Of a stretch of DNA of 53,656 bases, positions 17,979-27,492 are shown piece by piece. Each line of letters begins with the position of its first letter. Position 1 is the first letter of the stretch. The stretch covers positions 1 through 53,656 of the forward strand of contig JAVEVH010000003.1 in assembly GCA_034005145.1 (NCBI GenBank). Direction: 5' to 3'. Source of the DNA: Candidatus Dojkabacteria bacterium. Its GTDB lineage: Bacteria > Patescibacteriota > Dojkabacteria > SC72. The notes below the pieces were generated by a model. It was not told where the DNA came from. It saw only the letters and a list, made by a program, of their open reading frames with translations, and made no database searches. Made by a program: the position numbers and the translations under genes.

Positions 17979-19295
17979 ATGGAGAGAATTCCACCTCAAA
18001 ATGAAGAAGCAGAGAAGTCAGTATTAGGCTCAATACTTCTAGACAAAGATGCTTTAATAGAGGTTTCTGGGTGGCTTAGGCCATTACATTTCTATGAAGA
18101 TAGGCATAGTACAATATATGAAAATATATTAGAACTTTTTGAAGAGGGTTTGCCAGTAGATTTAGTTACAGTATCGGACAAGTTAAAAAAGAAAAAGGTT
18201 TTAAGTAAAGTAGGGGGTAGAGCATACTTAACAGAGTTAGCATCTTTCGTACCTACATCGGCTCATGCTGGTGAATACGCAAATATTGTTAAAGAGAATG
18301 CTACTAGAAGAGGATTAATATCCTCTGCTTCAGAGATAACGAAACTCTCATATGATGAAGAGTTACCATTACCACAGATAATGGATAAGTCTGAGTCTTT
18401 AATATTTGAGGTAGCACAATCAGGTATTAAGAGTAACTTTGTACATATTAAAGACTTACTAAAAGATGCTTACGAAAGAGCAGCACATGCCAAAGAGAGT
18501 GATGATTATGCCGGTATATCTACAGGATTTAGAGAATTAGATGTACTACTTGGAGGATTTCAAAAATCGGACCTTATTATCCTCGCTGCTAGACCATCTG
18601 TTGGTAAAACATCTCTAGCACTAGATATGATGAGACATGCCGCATTAATGGAAAAAAAGAATGTAGCATTTTTCTCTTTAGAAATGTCCAATATGCAAAT
18701 TATGGACAGACTTTTAGGTATGCAATCGGGTATTCCTTTCTGGGAGATTAGAACTAACAAATTAACAGAAGAGAAAGTTGTTAAGTTAGCAAATACGATG
18801 GGTGAGTTAGCTGATGCCAACCTTTTTGTAGATGATATGGCAGGACAACATATTAATCAGATTAGAACTAAAGCTAGAAGGTTAGCTTTAGAGCAGGGAG
18901 TAGATATGATTGTAGTAGACTACCTCCAACTTATGCATGGTAATAGTAAGGAGAGTAGAACACTAGAGGTAGGAGAGGTATCCCAGGGTTTAAAAAATTT
19001 GGCTAAAGAATTAAATATCCCTGTAGTAGCACTTTCTCAGCTATCACGTGCTATTGAGCAAAGACAAAGTAGAAGGCCACAGCTTTCAGATTTAAGAGAG
19101 TCTGGATCTATTGAACAAGATGCTGACGTAGTAATCTTTTTAGATAGGGAGGAAACATGGAATCCTGAAACAGAAAAGAAAGGTACTGCTGAAATATTTG
19201 TAGCAAAACATAGGAATGGTCCTACTGGTTTAGTAGAGTTAGCCTTTGTTAAAGAGATTGCCAGTTTTAGAAACTTGTACAAAGAGAAGAATTAG
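17979..19295 (+). CDS. dnaB: replicative DNA helicase DnaB
   Basis: N-terminal PPQNEEAEKSVLGSILLD, Walker A ARPSVGKTSLAL, Walker B IVVDYLQLM, and SQLSR ... SGSIEQDADVV. Confidence 0.95.
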   Translation: MERIPPQNEEAEKSVLGSILLDKDALIEVSGWLRPLHFYEDRHSTIYENILELFEEGLPVDLVTVSDKLKKKKVLSKVGGRAYLTELASFVPTSAHAGEYANIVKENATRRGLISSASEITKLSYDEELPLPQIMDKSESLIFEVAQSGIKSNFVHIKDLLKDAYERAAHAKESDDYAGISTGFRELDVLLGGFQKSDLIILAARPSVGKTSLALDMMRHAALMEKKNVAFFSLEMSNMQIMDRLLGMQSGIPFWEIRTNKLTEEKVVKLANTMGELADANLFVDDMAGQHINQIRTKARRLALEQGVDMIVVDYLQLMHGNSKESRTLEVGEVSQGLKNLAKELNIPVVALSQLSRAIEQRQSRRPQLSDLRESGSIEQDADVVIFLDREETWNPETEKKGTAEIFVAKHRNGPTGLVELAFVKEIASFRNLYKEKN

Positions 19296-19338
19296 TATAT
19301 ACAATCTACATTTTATTGATATATAATACACGAGTTTA

Positions 19339-19422
19339 GGTCGAGTGGTGGAACTGGCAGACACGCGGGACTCAAAATCCCGTGCTAGCAATAGTGTGAG
19401 GGTTCAACTCCCTCCTCGACCA
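19339..19422 (+). tRNA. tRNA-Leu (anticodon CAA), type II with long variable arm, no encoded CCA
   Basis: Acceptor stem GGTCGAG/CTCGACC. Anticodon stem CGGGA/TCCCG with loop CTCAAAA (CAA at 19373..19375). T arm GAGGG-TTCAACT-CCCTC, discriminator A. Confidence 0.9.
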
Positions 19423-19447
19423 TTTTTTAAATAATTAAGGAAAAGAT

Positions 19448-20200
19448 ATGGGCTTAGAAAATTTTATTCTCTCAATATTTGAGTTCGCAGGTGGTGTTGA
19501 TTTCAACCTTTTTAGCCTTATACTAGGTGTAATCATTATACTTTTTTGGTTAGTGATAATAGGGTGGGTATGGATAGACTCAGGAGAGAGGACATCTAAA
19601 ACTTCAATAAGGGTTGTATATCTTCTTTTAGTAATATTTCTTAATATACCTGGATTAATAATATACTTGATTGTAAGGCCAAGCGAAACAATTGAGCAAA
19701 TATATTGGGCTGATTTAGAAAGAAGATATCTTAAATATGAGACAGCAGAGTTAGGAGATTGTGCAAAATGTGGTCATCAACTACTTCCAGGGTATGTACA
19801 CTGTTCTAATTGTGGAAATGAGATAAAGAGGAAATGTCCTAAGTGTGGTGTGTTGATAAATAAAGATCATAAATTCTGTGAGAATTGTGGTACACAATTA
19901 AGAGAGAGGGCCTTAGCAGAAGAACAGTATCCTAATGTTACAGTAATGGAACAGCAAATACTTGCTACTAAAGAGCATGCTACACAAACAGTAGAATCTA
20001 AAAGGACTAGGTATAAGACGGGTAAGAGCTTTGTTGTTAAACTAGGAGATGTAATTCTATCTCTATTTAAAAAAGCAAAAGAGAGTATACCTTCTAAAAT
20101 TGTTGTAGAGAAGAAAGAAGAGAGCAAGGAAACTGTAAAAGAGGTTGTAAAGCCAATAGAGAAGAAAAAGAAAAAGAGTAAAAAGAAAAAGAAAAGATAG
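19448..20200 (+). CDS. membrane protein with double zinc-ribbon domain and lysine-rich tail
   Basis: Two N-terminal TM helices. Four CxxC pairs (CAKCG, CSNCG, CPKCG, CENCG). C-terminal KKKKKSKKKKKR. Confidence 0.7.
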   Translation: MGLENFILSIFEFAGGVDFNLFSLILGVIIILFWLVIIGWVWIDSGERTSKTSIRVVYLLLVIFLNIPGLIIYLIVRPSETIEQIYWADLERRYLKYETAELGDCAKCGHQLLPGYVHCSNCGNEIKRKCPKCGVLINKDHKFCENCGTQLRERALAEEQYPNVTVMEQQILATKEHATQTVESKRTRYKTGKSFVVKLGDVILSLFKKAKESIPSKIVVEKKEESKETVKEVVKPIEKKKKKSKKKKKR

Positions 20201-20240
20201 ATTTTTGGTACAATGGAGTATTAAGTTTTAGGTTATAGAT

Positions 20241-21044
20241 GTGTTAGATTATATCTTTAGATTAAAAGAGTTTATTCAAAGTATACATCCCCTTATTGTT
20301 TTTGCTCTGTTATTCTTACTGGGTATGTATATATTTTGGAGAGGATGTATTGAATCTAGAAAGAATAGGTCTTCTGTATTTGATATGTTTCTAATATCTG
20401 GATTTATTAGTGGAGTAGTAGGAAGAATTGTATACATTATCTTAGAGTGGGAACAGTTCTCATCCTTTATCTGGTATTGGTTACCATATGAGAAATATGG
20501 AGAAGAGGTATTTCTTTTTAGATTACTACCTTGGAGATTTTTTAGTGTATGGGATGGTGGACTCATTATCCTAGCTATGTTTGTTTCTTTGCTTTTACTA
20601 ATGACCTTCTATACACTCGTTATTAAAAAATGGAGATGGAAACATATGTTCTTTCCAATATATTTTTCATCTACAACAATGTTAGGGATGTCATTTGTAT
20701 ATATAGGTATTACAAGTGGTTTTAATGATTGGATATACAAAGGGTTGGTATTAATAGTAATACTGGCTATATTCTTCCTTCTCTTCAAATTTATCTATAA
20801 GGTAGTAAAAGATCCTCTCTTAGAAAAATATATATTAGGATATATAGGGGTTGGTATAGTATGGATATCATCAATATATATCTCCTATATCTATTTAACT
20901 AGTGAACTCTCTTTAACAGAGAATATATTAGTAGGAGTCTTTTTAGTTTGGTCCATTGTAATGGGAATAGCCTTTTTAACTGATTTAAGAAAGGCTAGAG
21001 TAAGAATAGAGAGGGTTTCTACAGTTAGGTCTGTACAATCTTAA
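20241..21044 (+). CDS. polytopic membrane protein, possibly Lgt-like
   Basis: GTG start. VGRIVYIILEWEQF ... VWDGGLIILAM loosely resembles the Lgt N-terminal half, but I do not see the C-terminal catalytic block. It sits directly upstream of lspA. Confidence 0.45.
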   Translation: MLDYIFRLKEFIQSIHPLIVFALLFLLGMYIFWRGCIESRKNRSSVFDMFLISGFISGVVGRIVYIILEWEQFSSFIWYWLPYEKYGEEVFLFRLLPWRFFSVWDGGLIILAMFVSLLLLMTFYTLVIKKWRWKHMFFPIYFSSTTMLGMSFVYIGITSGFNDWIYKGLVLIVILAIFFLLFKFIYKVVKDPLLEKYILGYIGVGIVWISSIYISYIYLTSELSLTENILVGVFLVWSIVMGIAFLTDLRKARVRIERVSTVRSVQS

Positions 21045-21048
21045 GTGT

Positions 21049-21435
21049 ATGAAATATCTTTTTAGATATGTAATATATTTTTCAGTTTTAATAGGAGTAT
21101 TAAATGTATTCTTTTCTGAGATTTTTTGCTCAATAGATAAGTGTGTAATTAATAAAGGTATAGCATTTGGAATTTCAATAAAGGGGGAGATATTAATTAC
21201 ATCTCTTTTAATTCTTTTAATTGTGTATATAGGTTTGAGAGTAAGAAGAGAGTGGGGGAGAATCTTAATAGGTATAGGGATATTAGGATTTAGTAATTTG
21301 GTATGTAGATTAATATTCGATGGTATACCCGACTATATTCACATCCTTAGCATATCTTTCAATATCGCAGATATCTTCATCGTACTGTTTGCAATAGTGA
21401 GTGGTATGTTAATCCTTTTGAAAAAAGAAGGATAG
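21049..21435 (+). CDS. lspA: lipoprotein signal peptidase II (short form)
   Basis: INKGIAFGIS and IPDYIHI ... FNIADIFIV motifs, with four TM segments. Confidence 0.75.
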   Translation: MKYLFRYVIYFSVLIGVLNVFFSEIFCSIDKCVINKGIAFGISIKGEILITSLLILLIVYIGLRVRREWGRILIGIGILGFSNLVCRLIFDGIPDYIHILSISFNIADIFIVLFAIVSGMLILLKKEG

Positions 21436-21471
21436 AGATATTACTCTTTAACATCCCTAAATGATAAAATA

Positions 21472-22416
21472 GTGATTACTATGAATATAAATATCCAAGA
21501 AAAAAATATAGGTGTAAGAGTCGACATATTAATATCAGAAATACTTAGAGAGAAATCCTTAACAAGAAATATAATACAAAGATATATAGAAAAAGGTTGT
21601 ACTGTTAATGGTAAGAGATGTAAAAGGTCTTACAAATTAAAAGAGGGTGATATCTTAGAGATAGATGAAAAATATTGGGATACTGTTAAAAGGGATTTAG
21701 ATTTAAGTAATGAGATATTACCTCAAAAGGGTAACTTAGATATTAGATATGAGGATGATAATTTAATAGTACTGTATAAATCTAAAGGTTTAGTTGTACA
21801 TCCTGGAGTAGGTAATAGAGATAATACACTTGCTAATTTCCTTAGAGAGTATTTAGAGAGTAAGGGTGAGTATGATACTTTGCTAGATAGGTGTGGAATT
21901 GTTCATAGGTTAGATAAAGGGGTTTCTGGATTAATGGTAGTAGCTAAGAATAAAGGTAGCCAGGATTTTCTAAAGGGTCAATTTAAAGATGGGTCAGTTA
22001 TTAAAATATATAGAGCAGAGTTAGAAGAGAGTAAAGATATTGAACATAATTTAGATATTAAAAAATATCTAGAAGAATTGAACATAGAATTACAACCTTG
22101 GAAAAATTGGGAAAAAATGGAAGGATATATAGGGAGGAGTAGTGTAAATAGATATAAGATGGAGTTTAAGAAGTATGAATTCAGTGGCTCTAAGTATGCT
22201 CTCAGCTATATAAAGTTCTTTGGTAAAGAAGTATTAATAAAGATAGATACGGGTAGAATGCATCAAATAAGGAGTACTTTAGAGTATATGGGTTACCATA
22301 TTAAAGGAGATAGCCTGTATGGTAATGGTAAAGAGGGAAATGAGATGATAATGTTAGAGTCTGTACTTTTGAGTTTTTTAAATATAGATGGTAAGAGATT
22401 AATTTTTACTGTTTAA
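21472..22416 (+). CDS. rluD: RluA-family 23S rRNA pseudouridine synthase (RluD-like) with S4 domain
   Basis: Catalytic HRLDKGVSGLMVVAKN and an N-terminal S4-like region. The listed start is GTG at 21472. The ATG at 21481 lies 10 nt after a TGaTAAAAT box and may be the real start. Confidence 0.85.
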   Translation: MITMNINIQEKNIGVRVDILISEILREKSLTRNIIQRYIEKGCTVNGKRCKRSYKLKEGDILEIDEKYWDTVKRDLDLSNEILPQKGNLDIRYEDDNLIVLYKSKGLVVHPGVGNRDNTLANFLREYLESKGEYDTLLDRCGIVHRLDKGVSGLMVVAKNKGSQDFLKGQFKDGSVIKIYRAELEESKDIEHNLDIKKYLEELNIELQPWKNWEKMEGYIGRSSVNRYKMEFKKYEFSGSKYALSYIKFFGKEVLIKIDTGRMHQIRSTLEYMGYHIKGDSLYGNGKEGNEMIMLESVLLSFLNIDGKRLIFTV

Positions 22417-22418
22417 AT

Positions 22419-23630
22419 ATGTCTTCAGGAAGAGAAAGATACAAAAAATCTAAAGAGAAGAAAGGGAGAAAGTCTTTAAATATTGGTATGGATAAGATAC
22501 TTCTTTTTCTGTTTTTAATTGGTATATTAGCTTACGGTATATATACATATATTGGGTTTAGTAATATTAAGAGTGATAACCCACTTAAAAATAGTAATTC
22601 TGATTACTATCTTCTCTCTGATAAAAAAGATGATTTAGAGAAAACATTAATAGTGTTTGAAGAGGAATATAATGAGAAAGAGGTAATAAAATATGTATAT
22701 CTGTATGCAGAGAATAAAGAGAAGAGTAAATCGGTATTAATATATCTTCCTGGGTGGTTAGAGTATAGAGGGTTAGAGAAAGATTTTGGTACATCAGTAT
22801 CTATATCTGCTTTTAGATACGCAGGGGAATTTATTCAAGATGGTAGGGGATTTGAATACGCTATATGGCAGTTAGAGCAGCTTTTGGGTAGTAATATAGA
22901 TCAGTATATATGGTTTAGTGCACAGTCTCTTTCTGTATTCCAGGATAAGCTAGGAACATCTTCAGGAGATTCTGTATATGCTCAGTACTATAATAATGGG
23001 TTTGATGTATCCGATGAGTCTTTCTTTTTTAATAATTTCGTATCTAAGTTAGGATGGTTTAATCTCTTAATGTCGTCTTCTAAGTTTAAAGATTCGGAAG
23101 CTGTAATATATTCTTCATATCCAACACTGGGTAATATTGTTGTAGAGCTTAAAAATATTCATAGTAGTACACTTGCTACAAGGCCATATATAATAGATTT
23201 TAGTAATGCAAAATATCTATCTCAGCAAGTTTCGTCTGGTACTGTAGGTATTACCAGCTATATCAATATTTCTGAGTACGATACTGTATGGAGAGGATTT
23301 GTAGATGGAATGATAGATAGGGAGTTAGAGAAAGAAAGGGCTAGGGTAGAAATCTACAATGGTAGTGGATTGAGTGGGTATGCAGCACAGTACTCTCGTA
23401 GGATTAGAAATAGTGGTATAGAGGTAGTAAGGTATGATAATGCTCCACAGAAGGAAGAGAAAACTAAATTTTATGTCCCTAATATTGAAGATTTCCCTAA
23501 CTCTTTACAAACTGTTCAAGAGATATTCCCTGGTACATATGAAATCATAGAGGGAAGACCCTCATTTATGACCACAGGGGATATTGTAATAATATTGGGT
23601 AAAGATATTCCTACAGTATATTCTTTTTAA
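22419..23630 (+). CDS. membrane-anchored protein with C-terminal LytR_C domain (LCP-like)
   Basis: N-terminal TM helix. C-terminal VEIYNGSGLSGYAAQYSRRIRNSGIEVVRYDNAP is typical of the LytR_C domain. Confidence 0.6.
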   Translation: MSSGRERYKKSKEKKGRKSLNIGMDKILLFLFLIGILAYGIYTYIGFSNIKSDNPLKNSNSDYYLLSDKKDDLEKTLIVFEEEYNEKEVIKYVYLYAENKEKSKSVLIYLPGWLEYRGLEKDFGTSVSISAFRYAGEFIQDGRGFEYAIWQLEQLLGSNIDQYIWFSAQSLSVFQDKLGTSSGDSVYAQYYNNGFDVSDESFFFNNFVSKLGWFNLLMSSSKFKDSEAVIYSSYPTLGNIVVELKNIHSSTLATRPYIIDFSNAKYLSQQVSSGTVGITSYINISEYDTVWRGFVDGMIDRELEKERARVEIYNGSGLSGYAAQYSRRIRNSGIEVVRYDNAPQKEEKTKFYVPNIEDFPNSLQTVQEIFPGTYEIIEGRPSFMTTGDIVIILGKDIPTVYSF

Positions 23631-23674
23631 AAGTATCTTTCACATATTTCTTTTCTAATGTACAATAATATGTT

Positions 23675-26116
23675 ATGACAATGATAGCTGTTATATTAAT
23701 ACTTCTTTTTGCCTCCCTCATTTTTGTTGCCTTTATCTTTTTAATTGGAGGTAAATCAAAACAAGAGATAGAGGTACTTGAAGAGGTACGTAATCCACTA
23801 ATTATGCAAATATTGGTCCCTAGAGAGAATGATAAGACTCCTCTTGCTGCTGAACAGATGTTCGCCTCTATACACGGTATATTGGGTGATTCTGTTAAAT
23901 CATTAGATATGATTAGTTTTGAGATTACGTCTAGTGGGAATAGTGGTATTAAATTCTACGCGGTAGTTCCTAAGCATTTAGGTAAATTTGTAGAGGGGCA
24001 AATATATGCACAGTATCCTAATGCTGATATTAAGTATGTAGATGACTATGTTGCTAAGAAAGAAAATGACATGCAACTTTTTGTTACAACAGGAGAGATA
24101 GAGTATGAAAAAGATTTCATATTCCCAATTAAAACATTTAGGAATTTTGAGGTAGATCCCCTAGCAGCTATTACAGGTGCTATCTCTGATTTAAAAATAG
24201 GTCAGTACGCATGGATTCAAATACTTGTAAGACCTGTATCTAACTACTGGCAGAGTAGTTCTAAAAAATATATCACCGCTATTAAAGATGGTAAGGATCC
24301 ATATGGTGGAGGTTTCTTTTCTCAATTCTCAAATCTTTTGAAAGGAGTAGGGGAGACCTTAGCTACAGCAAATGGAGCAGAGCCACAAAGGAAAGAGGTC
24401 GTTAAGCTTCAGCCTGGTCAAGAAGAAGAGTTAAGTGAAATTGAAAATAAGATGTTAAAGTTAGGTTTTGAATTTGGGTTAAGGATTGTAACTAAGGCTC
24501 AAACACAGATAGAATCAGAGCAGATATTAAGGGATATTGTAGCTAGTTTTAAACAGTTTACTACTGCACATCTCAATACATTCATACATACTAAACCAAC
24601 TAAAACAGGACAGGGTATATACTCCGACTATATTAAAAGGTATTTACCAGCAGATGTTGTAGACATTTTAAATATCGAAGAGTTAGCATCTTTGTATCAT
24701 ATGCCAAACATATCTGTAGAGACTCCTAATATTGCTTGGAGTAGATCTAAGAAACTAGAACCTCCTATGAATCTTCCAAAATCAGGTGATGATGGGGTTA
24801 CAGTATTTGCTGAAACAGATTATAGGGGTGCTAAGACAGAATTCGGTATAAAGAGGGATGATAGGAGGAAGCATTTCTACCTATTAGGTAAAACAGGAGT
24901 AGGTAAATCAACAGTGTTTAAGAATATGTTCATATCAGATATCTTGCGTGGTGATGGTGCATGTATTGTAGATCCTCACGGTGATACTGTTGAAGAGCTC
25001 TTAGACTACATCCCTCCAGAGAGAGTAGATGATGTAATATACTTTAATCCTACAGATACAGAGTGCCCAGTAGGTTTTAATTTACTAGAGTTAAAAGACA
25101 AATCTCAGAGAGATTTAATAGCGGATGGTGTAGTAGAGGTCTTTATCAAACAATTCGGAACTTCATGGGGTCCAAGATTACAATATATTCTTACTAATAC
25201 AATTGCTACAGCTTTGGAGGCTCAGGGTACAACTTTGCTTTCTGTTACTAGACTTTTGTTAGATAAGAATTACCGTAAATTTATACTTAAACAGGTAAAT
25301 GACCCAATACTAATAAAATTCTGGGAAGAGGAGTATGCACAGATGTCACAAAATTCTAAATTACTTTCGGAATCTGTATCTCCAATTCAAAACAAGGTAG
25401 GTAGATTTAACTCTTCTGCTGTTACTAGAAATATAATAGGGCAAGTTAAGTCTACAATAGATTTAAGAGAGATAATGGATAATCAGAAGATACTTCTTGT
25501 TAATCTTGCACAGGGTAGACTAGGAGAAGAGACGGCATCTTTACTAGGAGGAATGATAATTACCAGATTACAATCTACTGCGCTAGAGAGAGTAGATATG
25601 CCTGCTGACCAAAGAAAAGATTTCTTCCTGTTTGTAGATGAGTTCCAGAATTTTGCAACAGATTCGTTTGCTAAGATACTCTCTGAGGCTAGAAAGTTTA
25701 AGCTTGACCTATGTATGACTAACCAATATATTGATCAATTACCTTTAACAGTAAGACAAGCAATATTTGGTAATGTTGGAACTTTAGGATCATTTGTAGT
25801 AAGTCAATCAGATGCATCTGTATTAGAGAAGGAGTTCGCTCCAAATATTAGCTCTGCAGACTTAGTATCACTTGATGCTCACTCAATGTATATTAAGCTT
25901 TGTATTGATGGTATGACTTCTGTTCCATTTAGTGCAAGGTCTCTTCCTCCAAGGTTTGAACCTTTTGGGCTAAGGGAAGAGGTAATAGCTAGATCTAGAG
26001 AAAAGTATGGGACTCCAAAGGATGTAATAGAAGACAAGATAATGAGATGGAGTAATCAATCTTACAGTGAGAAGGGTAATAGGTCTGCTAAAGAAAAAGG
26101 AAATATTGTAATGTAG
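23675..26116 (+). CDS. TraD/VirD4-like (type IV secretion coupling protein family) P-loop ATPase with a large N-terminal membrane-anchored domain
   Basis: N-terminal TM helix. Walker A LLGKTGVGKST, Walker B FFLFVDEFQNF. MTNQ and GNVGT blocks resemble TraD/TraG-D_C type ATPases. Confidence 0.65.
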   Translation: MTMIAVILILLFASLIFVAFIFLIGGKSKQEIEVLEEVRNPLIMQILVPRENDKTPLAAEQMFASIHGILGDSVKSLDMISFEITSSGNSGIKFYAVVPKHLGKFVEGQIYAQYPNADIKYVDDYVAKKENDMQLFVTTGEIEYEKDFIFPIKTFRNFEVDPLAAITGAISDLKIGQYAWIQILVRPVSNYWQSSSKKYITAIKDGKDPYGGGFFSQFSNLLKGVGETLATANGAEPQRKEVVKLQPGQEEELSEIENKMLKLGFEFGLRIVTKAQTQIESEQILRDIVASFKQFTTAHLNTFIHTKPTKTGQGIYSDYIKRYLPADVVDILNIEELASLYHMPNISVETPNIAWSRSKKLEPPMNLPKSGDDGVTVFAETDYRGAKTEFGIKRDDRRKHFYLLGKTGVGKSTVFKNMFISDILRGDGACIVDPHGDTVEELLDYIPPERVDDVIYFNPTDTECPVGFNLLELKDKSQRDLIADGVVEVFIKQFGTSWGPRLQYILTNTIATALEAQGTTLLSVTRLLLDKNYRKFILKQVNDPILIKFWEEEYAQMSQNSKLLSESVSPIQNKVGRFNSSAVTRNIIGQVKSTIDLREIMDNQKILLVNLAQGRLGEETASLLGGMIITRLQSTALERVDMPADQRKDFFLFVDEFQNFATDSFAKILSEARKFKLDLCMTNQYIDQLPLTVRQAIFGNVGTLGSFVVSQSDASVLEKEFAPNISSADLVSLDAHSMYIKLCIDGMTSVPFSARSLPPRFEPFGLREEVIARSREKYGTPKDVIEDKIMRWSNQSYSEKGNRSAKEKGNIVM

Positions 26117-26157
26117 TACTTTCTTCTAGGCTTTCTAAGTGATAAAATACCCTATAT

Positions 26158-26937
26158 ATGTCAGGACACTCTAAATGGTCAACAATTAGGCACAAGAAAG
26201 CGGCTAATGATGCTAAGAAGGGTAAGATATTTTCAAAACTTTCTACACAAATTACTCACGCTGCAAGACAGGGTGGTGGGGATACTAATATGAATCCCAA
26301 TTTAAGGCTGTATGTAGATAAGGCTAAGAGTGTAGGTTTTCCAATAGATAGAATCGAGAAAGCGATATCCAAAGGTACGGGAGAGGGTGCGAATGGTGTT
26401 ACATATGAAGAGGTAACATACGAAGGGTTTGGTCCTTTAGGTGTTCAATTTGTAATAGATACTCTTACAGATAACAAGAATAGGACGGTATCGGATATAA
26501 GGCAACTGTTTGAAGAGGTAGGTGGAAATATGGGAGATAGTGGATCTGTATCTTGGAATTTTGATACAAGGGGATATATCTTAGTAAAAACAGGTCATAT
26601 GGTTAAATCAGAAAAATATGGAGAAGATGATAAGTATGTAAAAGAGGATAGAGAGAGTGTAATGATGGAATTAATGGATATAGAGGGTATAGAGGATATT
26701 AAAGAGATAGATATAGATGGAGTAGAGGGCTTAGAGATATATACACCTTACACAACACTTACTAAAGTTAGAGATGAAATCTCTAAGTTAGGATATGTAG
26801 TAATAGAGGCAGAGATAGTTAAAGAGCCTAAGATGAAAAAAGAATTATCAGAAAAAGAGTTAGAGAGAGTAAGCAATGCTATAGAAAAGATAGAAGAGAA
26901 TGATGATGTTCAAAATGTTTGGAGTGATATAGATTAA
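26158..26937 (+). CDS. yebC: YebC/PmpR family DNA-binding regulator
   Basis: MSGHSKWSTIRHKKAANDAKKGKIFSKL N-terminus and full family length. Confidence 0.9.
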   Translation: MSGHSKWSTIRHKKAANDAKKGKIFSKLSTQITHAARQGGGDTNMNPNLRLYVDKAKSVGFPIDRIEKAISKGTGEGANGVTYEEVTYEGFGPLGVQFVIDTLTDNKNRTVSDIRQLFEEVGGNMGDSGSVSWNFDTRGYILVKTGHMVKSEKYGEDDKYVKEDRESVMMELMDIEGIEDIKEIDIDGVEGLEIYTPYTTLTKVRDEISKLGYVVIEAEIVKEPKMKKELSEKELERVSNAIEKIEENDDVQNVWSDID

Positions 26938-26980
26938 TAGCTAAAATACTGCCCAGTATAAATTTTTTGTATATATACAG

Positions 26981-27475
26981 ATGTCTGTAGAGAATTCTGC
27001 TATTGAGAATAATTCAAGAAGAGAGAGGAAATTAAGACAGCTTTTTGCTCTTAAATTACTATTAAAAGATAAATTGCCCTATGAACTTAAGAAAGAATTT
27101 TGTAGAAATAGGGATAAAGTAAAATATGGTAATAAATTTATACTTGATAAAGGTACTGAGAATGCAACAACTTTTTTTAAAGATATATCCATATTAGAGG
27201 GAGATATAATTACCCAACTAATATATGTTAGTGAATTAGATTTAAGGAAACGTATAGGTGGAAATATTATGGATATGAGTGGATATTTTTCTAAAGAGAA
27301 ATTTGAAATTATAGATATTACAGATAAAGGAGTAGAGAAGGATGAAATATTCTCTATCTTAAAAACAGTAGATATGGATGATAGTAGAGTATTAATGGTA
27401 AGGGATCAACAGAAGGAATATGAAGAGGATATGTATGATGAGTTTTATTACTTTTTAGTAGAGTATGATATTTAA
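26981..27475 (+). CDS. hypothetical protein (164 aa), paralog of the next ORF
   Basis: Shares the blocks F.K..S.LEGD(I/V)I..QL(I/V)..S..DL(R/K), (D/E).IFSIL and YY.L(V/L)E with 27493..28095. Confidence 0.6.
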   Translation: MSVENSAIENNSRRERKLRQLFALKLLLKDKLPYELKKEFCRNRDKVKYGNKFILDKGTENATTFFKDISILEGDIITQLIYVSELDLRKRIGGNIMDMSGYFSKEKFEIIDITDKGVEKDEIFSILKTVDMDDSRVLMVRDQQKEYEEDMYDEFYYFLVEYDI

Positions 27476-27492
27476 ATTATTAATATTTATAT

